Positions 13,978-27,271 of a stretch of DNA of 64,000 nt are shown here, piece by piece. The notes beneath the pieces are model-generated. The model worked only from the letters and a program-made list of their open reading frames with translations. It had not been told where the DNA came from and did no database searches. Position numbers and translations under genes: made by a program. Each line of letters starts with the position of its first letter. The first letter of the stretch is position 1. This DNA comes from Moniliella sp. 'wahieum' (lineage: Eukaryota): assembly GCA_003971905.1 (NCBI GenBank), contig RSEE01000028.1, forward strand, positions 248,001 through 312,000. The letters are read 5' to 3'.

Positions 13978-16900
13978 ATGGACTCGTTCCGCATGCCTTC
14001 TGCACCGGGCCGGCCGTCGCGCGGAGATGGCGACGACACGTTTGCCCCGCCGCATCCGCGCCCCGGGCTCGTGCTCCCCCTGCCGCTGTCCTTTGCCGGT
14101 GGCGCCAGCAGTGGCCCGCGCGGCAGCAACGGCCCCCGTGCCGCCCCCAGCGTCGGCGAGGACAGCGCCGATGGCAGCACCAGCATGCTCACCCGCGCTA
14201 CGCTGCCGCCCATGGTGCGCCACGCCCCCTCGCACTCTCCCTTGCACCCCATGCTGCTTCCGGACCGCACACGCCCTCCGCCTTCCTGGCCGACGACTCC
14301 ACCAGCTCGGTGGTGCGGGACGACGAGCTGGCCAACTCCAGTGGCCTCCTCTTTCACGCCCCCATTTTTGCTCCCATGCGCCCAAACAGGAGGAACCTCA
14401 ACCCCATTTCTGAGAGCGTGCTGTCGCATTCGCCCGTCGGCCCCGCCTTGGGGCTGCCCCGCTCTGCTCCCTCTCACACCCCCCCAAATGGTCCGAACGC
14501 GCCAACGGGCTCTTTCACCCCGGCCGGGCCTGCTGGCCCTACCCTCGCTCCCCCCCGGCTCAAGGCCAAGAGGAGACTGGATCAGGGCCTGAGTGACTCG
14601 TACTCGGTTCATGCTTCGAGCCCACTCCGCGCTACCCTCGGGCACCCGCGCATGGACGTTTCGGATGGCCCCGAGACGCCTGTGCACGCGGAGGAGGCCA
14701 TGGCAGAGCCCTTTGCGTCGGACCCTCCTCTGAAGGAGGACGACGCTAGCCGACAGGCCCGACCATGACGCAAAAGCTCCGAGTTTGGATGCACGACGCG
14801 CTCAAGCACCATCTCTACGACACGGCCATCTTTTGGGGACAAGCTGCTGTCGCTCGAGCGGGGCGAAGAGGCTTACAATGACGCCTACTTTCTTGCCCTC
14901 GCTTATTTTTACACGCACCAGTACCGCAAGACGGTCGCCCTTCTTACTGCCCCCCTGCCTGCCCCACGGGGGACGCTGAGGCGGCGGCTGGGCGCCCCCA
15001 CCTGTGCCGGCAGCCAATCCAGCACATGTGGCTGACCCTTTGGTTGCCGCGCTCAATGGCACAAGAGAGACGGCCTTACTTCCGCTTTCCTCGCGCCGCG
15101 CGTCCAAACGCAAGGACCGCGCATTTACCGTCTCTGGCACCGGCACGGCTAGTGACGAGGACCCATCTCTGGCCCCCGAACCGTCCGAGACGGAGCCACT
15201 TGGGGCAGAGCGCATCCCCGCTCCTCCCAAGCCGGAGGAGGAGATGGATGTTCAAGCTGAGGCAGAGGCCGATGCTGCTGCCTGGGCTGCGACCGTGGCG
15301 GAGGATGCGACGGAGGGCCAAGCGTATGCCTGGATGGAAGATGTGGACCAGTGCATGGCCAGTGTCAGCTCGGCCGCGCCGCCGCCGAGCGAGGGCCCGT
15401 GCCTGGTGAGTTTCAGCCAGGCCTGCCGCTACTTGGCAGCACAAGCGTTGGTCCGCATTGGACGGATGCATGATGCTGGATTTGTTGGGACGCGATGCCG
15501 GGCGGTGGCGGGGAGCGAGCCAGACATTTGAGAAACGACCGGCCCTCGATGGCGGGATCAAGCTCGTTTCGTCGGCATGCCACTTGCGTGGCTTGATTTA
15601 CCTCCGTCTGGACGATTTGGACCGGGCCAAGGAAAACTTTCTTAAGGCTTGGCTTTGGACGTGAAGAATTTCGATGCGTTTGCCGCGTTGGTTGAGGGCG
15701 CCTTGGTCCCCCCGATGCGCTGTGGGACTTTGTCCAGAACTTGGACTATGCTGCGCAGAGTGAGGGCGTCATCTCCCAGGGCCAGCGGATCAATGAGTTG
15801 GACATGGTAAAGGAGCTCTACCTCCTTCGTCTGCCTACCGCTTCCGCCGACCAGGCCCATCGGGTCGGACAGGCTCGCCAGGTGCTGGCGCGTGAGTTTG
15901 GGATTACGCTGCTCAACCCGGATGTGCTCCTATCGGTCGCCGAAGAACTTTACACCCGATTGCGATGGGAAGACGCCCATACGGTAAGCCAGCGTATCAT
16001 GGACCTTGCACCAGATCATGCTGCGGCTTTGTGGGTGCACGTGGGCAGCATGGTCCATGTGCCACGATTGCATCCTGCCCTCTTTGCGTTGGCCCATCGA
16101 CTGGTCGCGTCGGATCCGGGTGCGGCGGTGAGCTGGTACGCTGTCGGTGCGTGGTACGCTGCGACGGGGCGGTGGCTGGATGCGCGGCGATACTTTGGCA
16201 AAGCCTCGCTCCTCGACCCGCAGTGCACCGGTCTGGCTCGCGTTTGGCCACTCGTTTGCGTTACAGGGAGAGAGTGACCATGCGTGGTGGCCTACTCGAC
16301 GGCGGCGCGCAAGTTTGTCCAGTCCCCGCTCCCGCCCATCTTTATTGCGATGGAGCACATTCACCAGGGCAACTTTCGACTTGCGCATCTCTTCCTCTCT
16401 GCCTCCCAGCAGGCCGGGGACGATCCGTTGGCCCAAAATGAGCTGGGCGTGGTGGAGTTCCATGCGGGCAACTACGAAGCGGCCCAAGCGGCGTTTGATG
16501 CGGCGCTGACGATTGCCAAACAGGGCAAGCATGCACTGGGGCCGTGGGTGCCAACGTTGCTCAACTTGGCGCAGACCCAACGGTTGTGGGGCAGCTGGAG
16601 AGCGCCTCAGCGTCTTACACCTTGGCACTCGAGTTGGACCCGCATTGCGCCCCGGCCTACTTGGGCCTGGGGCTGGTGCAGTTGGCGCAGGACCGGGTGG
16701 GCGAGTGCATCACCTCGTTGCACCAAGCCTTGGCTTTGGATCCTCGCGATGCAGGGGCCACCATGCTGCTGGAGTATGCGCTGGCCGAATGGGCCACGAC
16801 GACCGGCGGACTTTTTGACATGCTCGACCCCGAGGTGGTTCAACGCTTGTCACGTCCCACGCCCCCGCCCCCGAGAACAACGGCGCTGGATACGAGCCAG

Positions 16901-17080
16901 AGCCGGAGTGCCCACTCGGTGTCTGCCTCCCTCTCCCGTTTCCCCGACCTGTCTCGGTCACACGATGCGTCGCACTATTCGCACTCGCACTCTACCGAGA
17001 CGTCGGTGGGTCGGCTGTCGCAGTCGCAGAGTATGCTGCTGGATGAATCGGCGAGCGCGAGCGATATGATGTTCGAATAA
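13978..17080 (+). CDS. CDC16: APC/C TPR subunit Cdc16/Cut9/APC6 (frameshifted)
   Basis: [75 protein letters not shown]. Confidence 0.88.
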
Positions 17081-17352
17081 GAAATACGATGCGGCGGGTC
17101 ACCACCGATGTTGCGGCCAGCAGAGGGCAGCAGGAATGAGTACAGAGTGAGGAGTGAAAAGGTGAGTTGGGACTAATGCACTAATGGGCACTAATGGGAT
17201 ATGCGCGGGGAAGAAGAGGATGAACAAGGGACATGCAAATGTGAGAGGGATGAATGGGTAAAAAATTGAAGGGACGCAATGCAAAGAGAAGGAGGAGATG
17301 GTCCTCTTTTGGTGGAGCAAAAGCAAGATGCAGATAAAAGGAGAGGCTCGGC

Positions 17353-20300
17353 TCAAGCATCCGAGCTGAACGGGGTACGGGGAAAAGGCAGGCTGTCGGG
17401 AGTGGCAGCGCCCAGCACGCCCTCGAGATGCAAGCCAATGTGAACAAAGAGCGTTGCATGGGGCAACGGGTTCAGATGGGCATCGTACAGGCGCAAATGG
17501 TGGTAGCCCTCGGCGAGGGAACCAATGCTGGCCATGTGCGCTGCTACCAGCTTCCGACCCGCTTCGGCCTCCTCGGAATGGGAGCGGCGACGGAGGGGGG
17601 CGAGCAGCTTGTTGGTTTGCGCATCTCGTCCTCAGCATGGGACCAGACTTGGAACCGGACAAAAGCCAGGTCCAACAGTCCGCCCGTCAAGCTCGTAGGT
17701 TTTGGTCTCCCGCCCGCGCCGACGCACCCACACAACGGCACGTCCACCGCCACCGACAGTTCCTCTTCCCAGCGCGGGTTGAAGCCGTTGCGGGAGACGA
17801 CGTGGGTACTTTGCGGTTCCGATGCTTCTCCGCTTTCGCGTCGGATCAGCTTGGCCAGCTGCCCAGCCGAGATGGCGCGCTGATCTTTCCACTGCGGCGG
17901 CGTGTGCAACGCCAGCGACACGGACGGCGACAGCAGCCCTCCTCCACACGAGGTAAGAGTTGGGCCGACTTGACCTGCACCACTAGGCGAATCCGGACGG
18001 TAGCCGTCGGCTGGTATGGGTCGCGCAACGCGCGAGGCTTGAGTACGTACCCGGCCGCTGCGTTGCGGGCAAATAGCGCATGCGACAGTTCCAAGCCCAA
18101 ATCACTCGTTTGCCAATTCAGCGCTACCTGTTGGCACCCAGCCATCCAGAACGCCAATGGGTCGGGGTTGGCCGAGGTGTGCTTTCGCCGCGCTACATTG
18201 TGCATGAGCGAGGGGTAGATGCGTACCAGGTGGTCGCGCGTGGTCCACCAACTGGGACAAATGTTTCTTGCCTCCAGCTTCGGAGAAACTCAGCATCTGT
18301 TCCGGCGGCGCGGGGTCAAACCCACGAAACTTGACACCGACCGTGTACACCAGAAGCTGGGCCAGGCGAGGCGACAAGGCTCGTTTCGACGGCCGTAGTT
18401 TTCGTCCGAGGCGACCAAAGTTCTCGTCCGAGGTTGAGGCCTCGTCAGAAGCACTGCACCTTCGCTCGACGAAGTCAATGAGGGGGTCAAGAGCAGCTCA
18501 TCGTCCCTGGCTGGAGAGGACAATGACGATTGCGATGATGGCGATGGCGATGGCGAGGGTGATGGCGAGGGTGATGGCGATAACGATGACGACGGCGATG
18601 GCGAAGGGGAGAGGGATCGAGATGAAGAGAACGAAGACAAAGGTGAGGTGTTGGGGGTCGGCGGCTGAGCTGCGTGATCGGGGACATGCTTGGCCTTGAT
18701 CAAAATCCGTCCCCTCAGTTCCCGCGGTGAGGGCAGGTTGGGCGCATGGACCGAGGAGGGCAGACGGTGGGTAAGCAAGGCCGGGCCCAACTCGGTGCGG
18801 AGGATGGAGGCAAGGCGGTCCTGTTGCGGCAGAGTATTGTGCACCTCGAGACAGAGAATCAGAGGCCAGGGGGAAGCGGCAAACGCATAGCGTGCCACGG
18901 CGCGCAACGCATCCCGAATGCCCAACCGCGTGGTCCATGTTCGACCATGTGTCACCACCGGTTCGCCCTCCGCACCGTCCCAGCAATCAATCTCGATCGA
19001 CCGTGCACCCGCTTGAAGCGCGCGAACTAACCCTTCCACCTCGCTGCCTCCGACCAGTTGGCCCGACACGAGGTAGGTGTTGTGGCTAGCCGCAATGAAG
19101 TACTCGTTCAGAGGCCGGTCCATGTCATGCGCACAGCCATCCTCCTCTGAAGAAAGCGCGGGCGGGGCAGGCTGTGGCGTGGCGAGCGCCAAAAAGCGCC
19201 TCGGGGGTGTGGGCCGACAAGCGCTGCACATGGGGGTGGGACGGGCCTTGTTGCATCTGGGGCAACGGCCAGGGTGCATATCGATCGGCTATCGCGCAAT
19301 TGTCTGCGCTCAGCAGAAAGGTGGTAAACCCATCGAGCGTCAGCAACCCCGTTGTGCGTCGGCATACTTGCGGAACAGCATGGACAGAGCACCGTCGTCC
19401 AGCATCATCTGGTATGCCAACAGGGTCAGCAACGCACATTCTTACACAACAAGACACCAGGCGGGGGAAATGGGACGAAAGCACGGACCTTTTGCTGGTG
19501 AGCCAGAAAGCTCCCAAATCTTGCTGGCTCATCCCCGCGCCTGGCTCCGACCAGGCGGCGTAGATGGCGTCCACCTCAGCCGGTGCGTGAGGAGCCGGAC
19601 AAAAACGTGGAACTGGGCCAGGTCCAGAGTACCGCCCGGCTGGTATCGGCTTGAGCAAAGAGGCCGCCAGCGTCGGCTGGGAAGTCGTGAATGCCGTTGG
19701 CGGCACAACGCACCCACCTGTGCTGCCAAGTCGAGACGCTCACCCGGAAGGAGGAGGGACCAAAACCGCAGCGTGGGCGGCCACCGCAACCTCGGTCAGC
19801 GCAAAAGCGCGGGAGGCGAAAGGGACGTGGGGGCGGTCAGCGGGGGCACCGGGCTCGGGCCGAGAAGAGCATGTTGGGCGAGCAGAAGGCTGAAGCGCAC
19901 GCCGCCAGCAGGCAAAGCTGGCGTCGACAAGGCAATGAGTGGAGCTGTTTGTCCGCAGGCGGGTCCCCGGGCCGAGCAAAAACCCGTAGCAGACAGTAAT
20001 CCACCGAGATTCATGTGCCGAAAACCGAAACTGAGCGCCTCCCGGTCTGCTGCAGCGGCTGCCCCAGCACGGAGGAAACGAGAGAGGCGATGTAACGCGG
20101 TTGGATTTTTTGCTCGCCCACGTCATCTCTCCGGCGACAGCGTCGAGACGGAAGCGGAAGAACCGCTGACGGACCTTGCGGGTGGTGACTTTAAGCATCA
20201 CTTCCCCATTTTTGGCGGAGGGCAGTCGAGGGGGGGTGGTGAGGCAACGGTGGGGTGAGAGCGGAGGAGGCAATCCGAGCATCAGAAGAACGACGACGGA

Positions 20301-20691
20301 CCAGCGGGATGGTTGAGAAGACTCCCGAGCTGGGAGGACCGAGGAGGCTGCGGGGGTGAAAGCGCCGGGCGAGAGAAAAGGGGCGGTCAACAACAGGCAA
20401 CGTCGCGGCACGTGCAGGGAGGCGAAGCTGGGGAAGAGGTTGAGGCTGAGGTTGAGGTTGAGGTTGAGGTTGGGAATGAAAATGCAGAGGCGGATGCGGA
20501 CAAGGGTCAAGAGGAAGATGGGGTGGAGGGTAAAGTGAAGGGGGAGACTCAGGATCGAGCTGGATTAGTTGGGGCGCCACCACTGCGCCTGAACTGGCAG
20601 AGGCGGGCAGGGGAGGCGGCATGGGCGCGGTGGCAAGAGTAGGCTCGGACTGGTGGCGGATGATGGGCATGGTGGATAGCGACGCGGACAT
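17353..20691 (-). CDS. PLC1: Phosphoinositide-specific phospholipase C (PH-EF-X-Y-C2)
   Basis: X box YFIAASHNTYL..IEIDCWDG..HGRT; Y box LVRIYP..GCQQVALNWQT..GYVLKP; C2 NGFNPRW..GYHHLRL. Confidence 0.92.
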
Positions 20692-22551
20692 TGGGACCAG
20701 AGTAGCGCGAGGGCAGGAATGGTGGTCTCAAGGGCTCGAAGTGTAGGCTGGGATCGGGACAGTCATGGAGGCGATTGGGGGGGGGGGGGCAGGAAGGACG
20801 CTAAGGTTGAAGGACAGAAAGGGGGCAAGCGATCGGAGCGGCCGAGGACAAAAGAGTGGAGGGGGTTCTACCGGTTACCGTCGAGGCGCGGTGAAGCTTG
20901 AAGGCGAGGTGCCGGAGCGGATCCAGCCGTCTTTGATGACTCGATAGCCCTCGTGACAAAAAAGCCAAGCCAAGCCGAGCAAGGAGGAGTGGGAGCAGTG
21001 TGATCAGTACGTCCTGTCGATCAGATCTGCAAGTTCCGGCCGGCCGTACCAGCAGCGCGCACAACGGGAGGTGGTATAGACTGAGCCGGGTGGAATGGTG
21101 CCGGCTGGCGTTGGACTATAAGGCGCATCTTCCGATCCAGATCTTCCCGTTTGTTGTCTGTTGTCCGTTTTCCCCGACACGACTCACTGCGTTCGCTCTG
21201 CCTGCTCGCTGGGCCTGAGCGTCCGGTTTGGCCTGGGCGCTTGGCGCACAACCCGTCGTCATCGCCTTCTCGATCATCGACACAACCGGCCACCCTCGGA
21301 TGGGTGACACTGATGCGGACGCGCTGACGCACCACACATCACCCATCAGGCACCGCCGTCAGGCGCCACTGCACCACAGCAGGCCACAATCATCCAATGA
21401 ATCATCTGCCAGGCAGGGCCGATCATCGATCACCCATCCTATCGCGGGCCTATCGACGGCGGGACACTGCCCCTGTCCTAGTCCGTTAGCACCCACAGCG
21501 AGGCTGGCGCTGTGCGGCGCAGCGCCAGTACTCACGCAGTGTATCAAGTACGCTCAGTCCGCAGTGCTCAGTCGGCCAGTGCCGGCTGGTGCCAGCAGCG
21601 TCGATATCGCAACGCGATCAGCCGTGCTGTGCTCGGCCGTGCTCAGCGCGCCGCGGCTCGGCGGCCCAGCCCTGCGCGGCCTCCGCCATCTTCTTCCCTG
21701 CTTTCCCCGCACCCTTGGCTCCCCCTCGGGCCGGACCGGACCTGTTGGAAAGCGCGGATGGTCGATAGACGATAGACGATGTTGGCAGCACACACTCCCC
21801 ATCCGCCCCCTCTCCGCCTCCTCTCGCAGCCGCCGTCGCACTGATTGCACTTGGCTCAAATAGTCCATCGCGCTCGGGCGCAAACCGACGCAAAGCAAAG
21901 CCTGCGAAAAGACGCACCAGCCAGCCCATTCTTTCCCTCGTAAAGCTTAACCTCCTTCTACAGATACCCATCCTCCCAAGCCAATCCTCATTCGTATCTC
22001 TTGTTCTATAGGCAGCATCGACATCCACCCTCATTTTTTCCCTTCTTCGCGCGCCGCGCGTATCGCCAGGTACATTGTTAGCGCGGTAGCGTTATCGCTC
22101 CCTTCTTTTCCGTCAACGCCGTCGCTGCACACACTTCAGGGCTTCAGGGACCAAATATCACTACATCACAATGAGAACATGTCAGACCATTGACATATGG
22201 ATCCACCCCCCAAACAACGTCTATGCGTGGTCATGCATTACCTGGCCACCAAACAGCAGCACGGCTGGGGCTTTTGTCCCACCCATGCACCCGCCACGCA
22301 CGGTGCCAGGCCCTGATTGGGGCAGCAAAAAAGAGTACCAGATACGAGGAAGAGGCGGGCAAACACTAACAAGGACAGAGAACTAGGACAGGCAGAGGGC
22401 GCCAAGACGCCCACAGGGAGGGCAGCACAGCAGGCAGACGCGATCCAATGCAGTGTCAGCACCAGGTTCGCAACGACACCCTCTCTTGGTCGTTCTTTGG
22501 CTTTCCTACCACACTCCGGCACGCTCAGCCTTCGGCCCAGCGCATTGCGCT

Positions 22552-24055
22552 TTACGGGAGCGTCTCCTTTTCCCGCTCACGGCGTCGTGGCCGAGGGCGG
22601 ACCCTTGTACAGATCGACCGAGGTGTGTGCATGCACCCAGTTTCCCACACGCCGGTGAAGATAGGCGTGGTACGACTCGGGCCACGGGCCGGGTTGGCCA
22701 CCGTACACCAACCACCCGGGACAGGGGGCCTGCGAGCCGGCTGCTGCAGGGGCGTGGAAGTGTGCGAAGCCGGGGCGGAGAGAAGCAGGTGCGGTCTTGG
22801 TCGACGCGGAGGGTCGAGCGAAAGGGCATCGGGTGCTGGTCCAGCGCCGCTGCGCTTGCCGCCTTTTCCAGCGGCGGGGAGAGGAGGGAGCCGGCACAGA
22901 GCTCGCACCCGCCCCCTCGTTGCCTGCCACCGTGGTCCCACCGAGCGTGGCGGGCGCATGATCGGCACACGTGCAGGTGCCTCCCAGGTGGACTGGCAGG
23001 TTTTCGGCAGGGATGTAGTCGAGCAAGATCGACTTGTAGTCGGCGCCAACAATGTCAATCTTCTCCCGTGTCGCGACGGGAAGCCAGCCTTTGATGTAGC
23101 CAAACATGGTAGCAAACACCCACGGCGCATTGATGATCTGCACCCGGCCCGACAGCTCGGGAAGTTGTTGTCGAGAATGCCGAGCAAGGTTTGCAGCTGC
23201 GCCTTCATGGCCCAAAACGTGCCCAGCCCCAGGCCTTCGACATTGACAATCATCAAGTTGTCCTCGATCGGCCGCGGCACCTGGGCCGACGCGCAGGCAT
23301 ACTGGTACCGCACCGCCGCCTCGAGGCTGACCGAAAACTTGCCACAATGTCGGCCGGGTGACCTTGTTGAAGATGGCGGTCGTGTTGATCCCAGCCAAGT
23401 CCTGAATAAACACGGGCGGGCCAAGCTTGTCGTCCTTGTGGAAGTACTCCGCCATCCCAACTCGCTCACCTCCCGCTCCCGGGCCAAGTCCAGCCCGATG
23501 CCAACTTGTCCTCCAGCCCAGCGGCGGCACCCCATCGTACGACGCTTGCGCCAACGCCACCTGCGCCGCCGCCTGCTCCGGGCCCGACGCGGGCACCACG
23601 GGCGGCGCGTCGTACTTCCACTGATGCGCACGCACGTACATCTGCACCGCTTGCGCCACGTTCCACTCGCGCGCACGCAGCCATCGCAGCAGGTGGACGC
23701 GCTGCTGCACCACCACTGGCTGCGAGCCCCCACGTGCTTCCACCTCGTGGGGGGCGGGCCGCTGTGAGGCGGGGCCGGGCAGCTGGCTCAACGAGGCCAG
23801 GCAGCGTCGGCGTAACCGATTCGGGGCGCAGAATGGCAGCGGGTGCGATGGGATCGTAGGGGGTAGGGAAGAAGCGCAGTTCCTTCATGTCGTACAGAGT
23901 CATGACAAACTGGGCCAGGAGGGCTTCCTGTTGCGCACTCATGTTGCCCACATGGCCAGAGGGATGGAAAACGCCTGAACGACGGGGTCGTTGGCGTAGG
24001 GGTCCGGCGGGAGGAGGGAGGAGCTGGGCGCCGGCGGCGACGGTTTGGACGACAT
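22552..24055 (-). CDS. Sec14-family CRAL-TRIO lipid-binding/transfer protein
   Basis: LLRWLRAREWNV, YFHKDDKLGPPV, PELSGRVQIINAPWVFATMFGYIKGWL, IPAENLPVHLGG. Confidence 0.85.
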
Positions 24056-24722
24056 GTTGTGGGGATGGGATGGGACGGGACGGAGAGGAGAGAAGAGGAG
24101 ACGAGGTGCGATGGGCTGGGCGGGGCCAGGAGACAGACGGCAGAAGAGACGCCAGGACGCGGGAGGGAGGACCAACACAGACAAGCCGGCGGGAGGCAGG
24201 GAGGCAGAAGGCGGCCGGGGCAAGGAAGGAGGCAGCCCAGCCAGGCCAGTGGGAGCACCGCGTGCTGAGCTCAGCCGGGCACTGAGGTGGAGCGCAGGCA
24301 GCCAAGCGCCACCCAATCGGCCGAGCTGGACGGTGAGCGCCCCACCGGTGACCCTCACCCGTGCGCGCCCCTGCTCACCGGTCGCGTCAGACGCAGGGCG
24401 ACACTGCCCGCGCAGACGGCCAGTGTCCGTGCGCATGCGTGGCAGCTGCCCCCGTGCCCGCCGCTTCGAGCGCGTCGCCCCACGGGGCCGCTCAGGCTGT
24501 TCCCCTGCCGACGACAGTGGTGTCGTACGAGCGGCCGCGGCGATCGGTGACCGGTGATCACATGCATCACACGCATCCATCGTCGCTTCGTCTATTACTA
24601 TTCCGCAATTCCCCTGCCCCATCCCGCAGGCGCGTGACCGAGGCACGTGACGGTCACGTGTCACCGTCCCCTTCGCCCCCGCCCCCCATCCACGGCTCCT
24701 ACCCCACCGTCCGTGCGGGGCC

Positions 24723-24781
24723 AGCTCAGCACAGCGCAGCACAACACAGCTCAGCACAACACAGCTCAGCTCAGCTCAGCT
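24723..24781 (+). repeat. Degenerate pentanucleotide array (GCTCA/GCACA/ACACA)n
   Basis: Read directly: cagctcagcacagcgcagcacaacacagctcagcacaacacagctcagctcagctcagc. Confidence 0.8.
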
Positions 24782-24926
24782 GCCACCTCGCTATCCCTCT
24801 CCTATCCTATGCGCACACACCTCCCCCCAGCATTCCAGCGGCATGGATCGAATTGCAATAACCTAGCGCGCCTCGTCTTCCTTGCGGTCCACTGCGGCCC
24901 TTTGCAGCGCCCAGCAGAGTGACCGC

Positions 24927-26649
24927 TTACTTGGCCAAGAAGCCCGACACATGCTCCTGCACGACCGACTTGATCTGCGCATCGAGCTCCTTGGTCATCG
25001 TGCCCTTGGCAATCTCGGCCAACAGCTCGGGCTTGGTGGTGAGGAACTCACGGAAGTTCTCCTCCCACGCCACAATTTGGTCGACGGGCACCGTGTCAAG
25101 CAGACCGTTGACACCGGCGTAGATGATCGGCACCTGGATCTCCACACCCAGCGGGTGGAACAGGCCCTGCTTGAGCAGCTCCGTCAGACGCGCGCCACGC
25201 TCCAGCGTGTAACGCGTACCGGCGTCCAAGTCCGAACCGAACTGGGCGAACGCAGCCAGCTCACGGTACTGAGCAAGGTAGAGCTTGAGCGAACCGGCAA
25301 CCGCCTTGTACACCTTGGTCTGAGCCGCCGAACCGACACGCGCGACACGGACAGACCCACGTTGACGGCAGGACGCACACCCTTGTAGAACAGCTCGGCC
25401 TCCAAGAAGATCTGGCCGTCGGTGATAGAAATGACATTGGTGGGAATAAACGCCGACACGTCACCACCCTGCGTCTCAATCACAGGCAGAGCCGTGAGCG
25501 AGCCGCCGCCAAGCGAGTCGTTCATCTTGGCCGCACGCTCGAGCAGACGAGAGTGGAGGTAGAAAACGTCACCGGGGTAGGCCTCACGACCGGGGGGACG
25601 ACGAAGCAGCAGCGACATTTGACGGTAGGCGACAGCCTGCTTCGACAGGTCATCGTACACGATCAGGGCGTGCTTGCCATTGTCACGGAACCATTCGCCA
25701 ATCGCGCAGCCCGAGAAGGGAGCGAGGTATTGAAGAGGGGCAGCCTCCGACGCGGTGGCGGCCACGACAATCGAGTACTTCATCGCGTCACGTTGCTCAA
25801 GCACCTTGACGAACTGAGCAACAGTCGAACGCTTCTGGCCCACAGCGACGTAGACACAGTACAGCTTCTTCTTCTCCTCGTCACCGTCGTTCCAGCGCTT
25901 CTGGTTGAGGATGGTGTCGAGCGCAACAGACGTCTTACCAGTCTGGCGGTCACCAATGATCAGCTCACGCTGGCCACGGCCAATGGGCACCATGGCGTCA
26001 ATGGCTTGATACCAGTGGCCATGGGCTCGTTGACCGAGCGACGCGGCAGAATACCAGGGGCCTTAAGCGAGATACGGCGGCGAGTGGTAGCGTTGATGGG
26101 GCCCTTGCCGTCAATGGGAGTGCCAAGAGCGTCCACCACACGGCCAAGCAGCTCCGGACCGACAGGCACGTCGACAATCTGGCCAGTACGCTAACCGAGT
26201 CACCCTCCTTGATGCTGCGGTCGTTACCAAAGATGGTCACACCCACATTGTCCGCCTCCAAGTTAAGGCACATGCCACGCACACCCGACTGGAACTCAAC
26301 CATCTCCTCAGCCTGCACGTTCCGCAGACCGTACACACGGGCAATACCGTCACCAATCGCTGACGAGGGAACACAAGCGTTAGTAGGTGAGGCGGTACAA
26401 GGCGGAGCGGCACTCACTCAGCACACGGCCCGTCTCCTGAACATCAAAACCGCTTTCGGCACCAGCAATGCGCTGCTCGAGGATCGAGGAGACCTCAGAC
26501 GCAGCTGCCTTGGCGGCATAGCCGCGCGCCATGGCAGGCGCCGCCGGGACGGAAGCGGCGCGAAGAGCGGCGGCCGGGGCCACGCGCAGAGCAGTGCGGG
26601 GCACAGCGCGGGCAGCGAGGCCAGCAAGACCGGCGTGACGAGCAAGCAT
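24927..26649 (-). CDS. ATP1: Mitochondrial F1 ATP synthase alpha subunit (intron 26360-26417)
   Basis: Presequence, [53 protein letters not shown]. Confidence 0.98.
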
Positions 26650-27271
26650 TGTTGTCAGAGCCAGGCTGGTGGGGGTGGGTAGTATGCAAGAAGCGCTGCC
26701 CAGCGCATGAGAAGAATGGTGCACGGCCGCCGCGCAAGGCACTGCCCCGCTGCCAGCGCAGCCACCGAAGCAGACCCGACACTGCCCCCCCGCTGGGTGG
26801 AGGCGGCAGAGTGCTGGCAGCTGCCGCCCGCCCGGCCGGGGAGGCAGGCCATAACACTGGCGCCGTGCGGGTCTGCGTCCAGCGTTACGTGAGCACTCAG
26901 GCTTAGAAATGGGCCGTCGAGCCCAACCCTAGCAGCAACCCTATTGCTATGTCTACCTCTTACCCCTCTTACCTCTGGCCTGTAAAGCTATAAGCTGCAT
27001 CCTTTAACCTTTACCCTGTTGCTTCTACTTCTGTTCGCTGCGTGTCGTCTGACGCTCATCGAAATACACCCTCGTCCCGGCCGAGAGTCAGAAAGATGGG
27101 GCCAGGTGGGCCGAAAGTGTGCAGGCCATCACCTCGGGCTCTCGCTGGATCCAAACCACAAGCACAAGCACAAAATCCATCTATCTACAAGAAAGTAATG
27201 GGTTGTTGCATCCCGGACACGCAGAAGAAGATCGATGCTTTTGGAGGCGAACAAGAAGGCCGAAACGAAGC

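Noticed and set aside
18535..20471. Hexamer repeats (GATGGC and GGTTGA types)
   Set aside because: They encode SP and QP low-complexity linkers of PLC1.
22093..22110. 17-bp inverted match to ~53260-53276
   Set aside because: Low-complexity purine tract; a match of this length is plausible by chance in 64 kb.
22448..23767. Long antisense ORFs here and at 19077-20258 and 47084-47953
   Set aside because: Shadow ORFs of GC-rich genes on the opposite strand.
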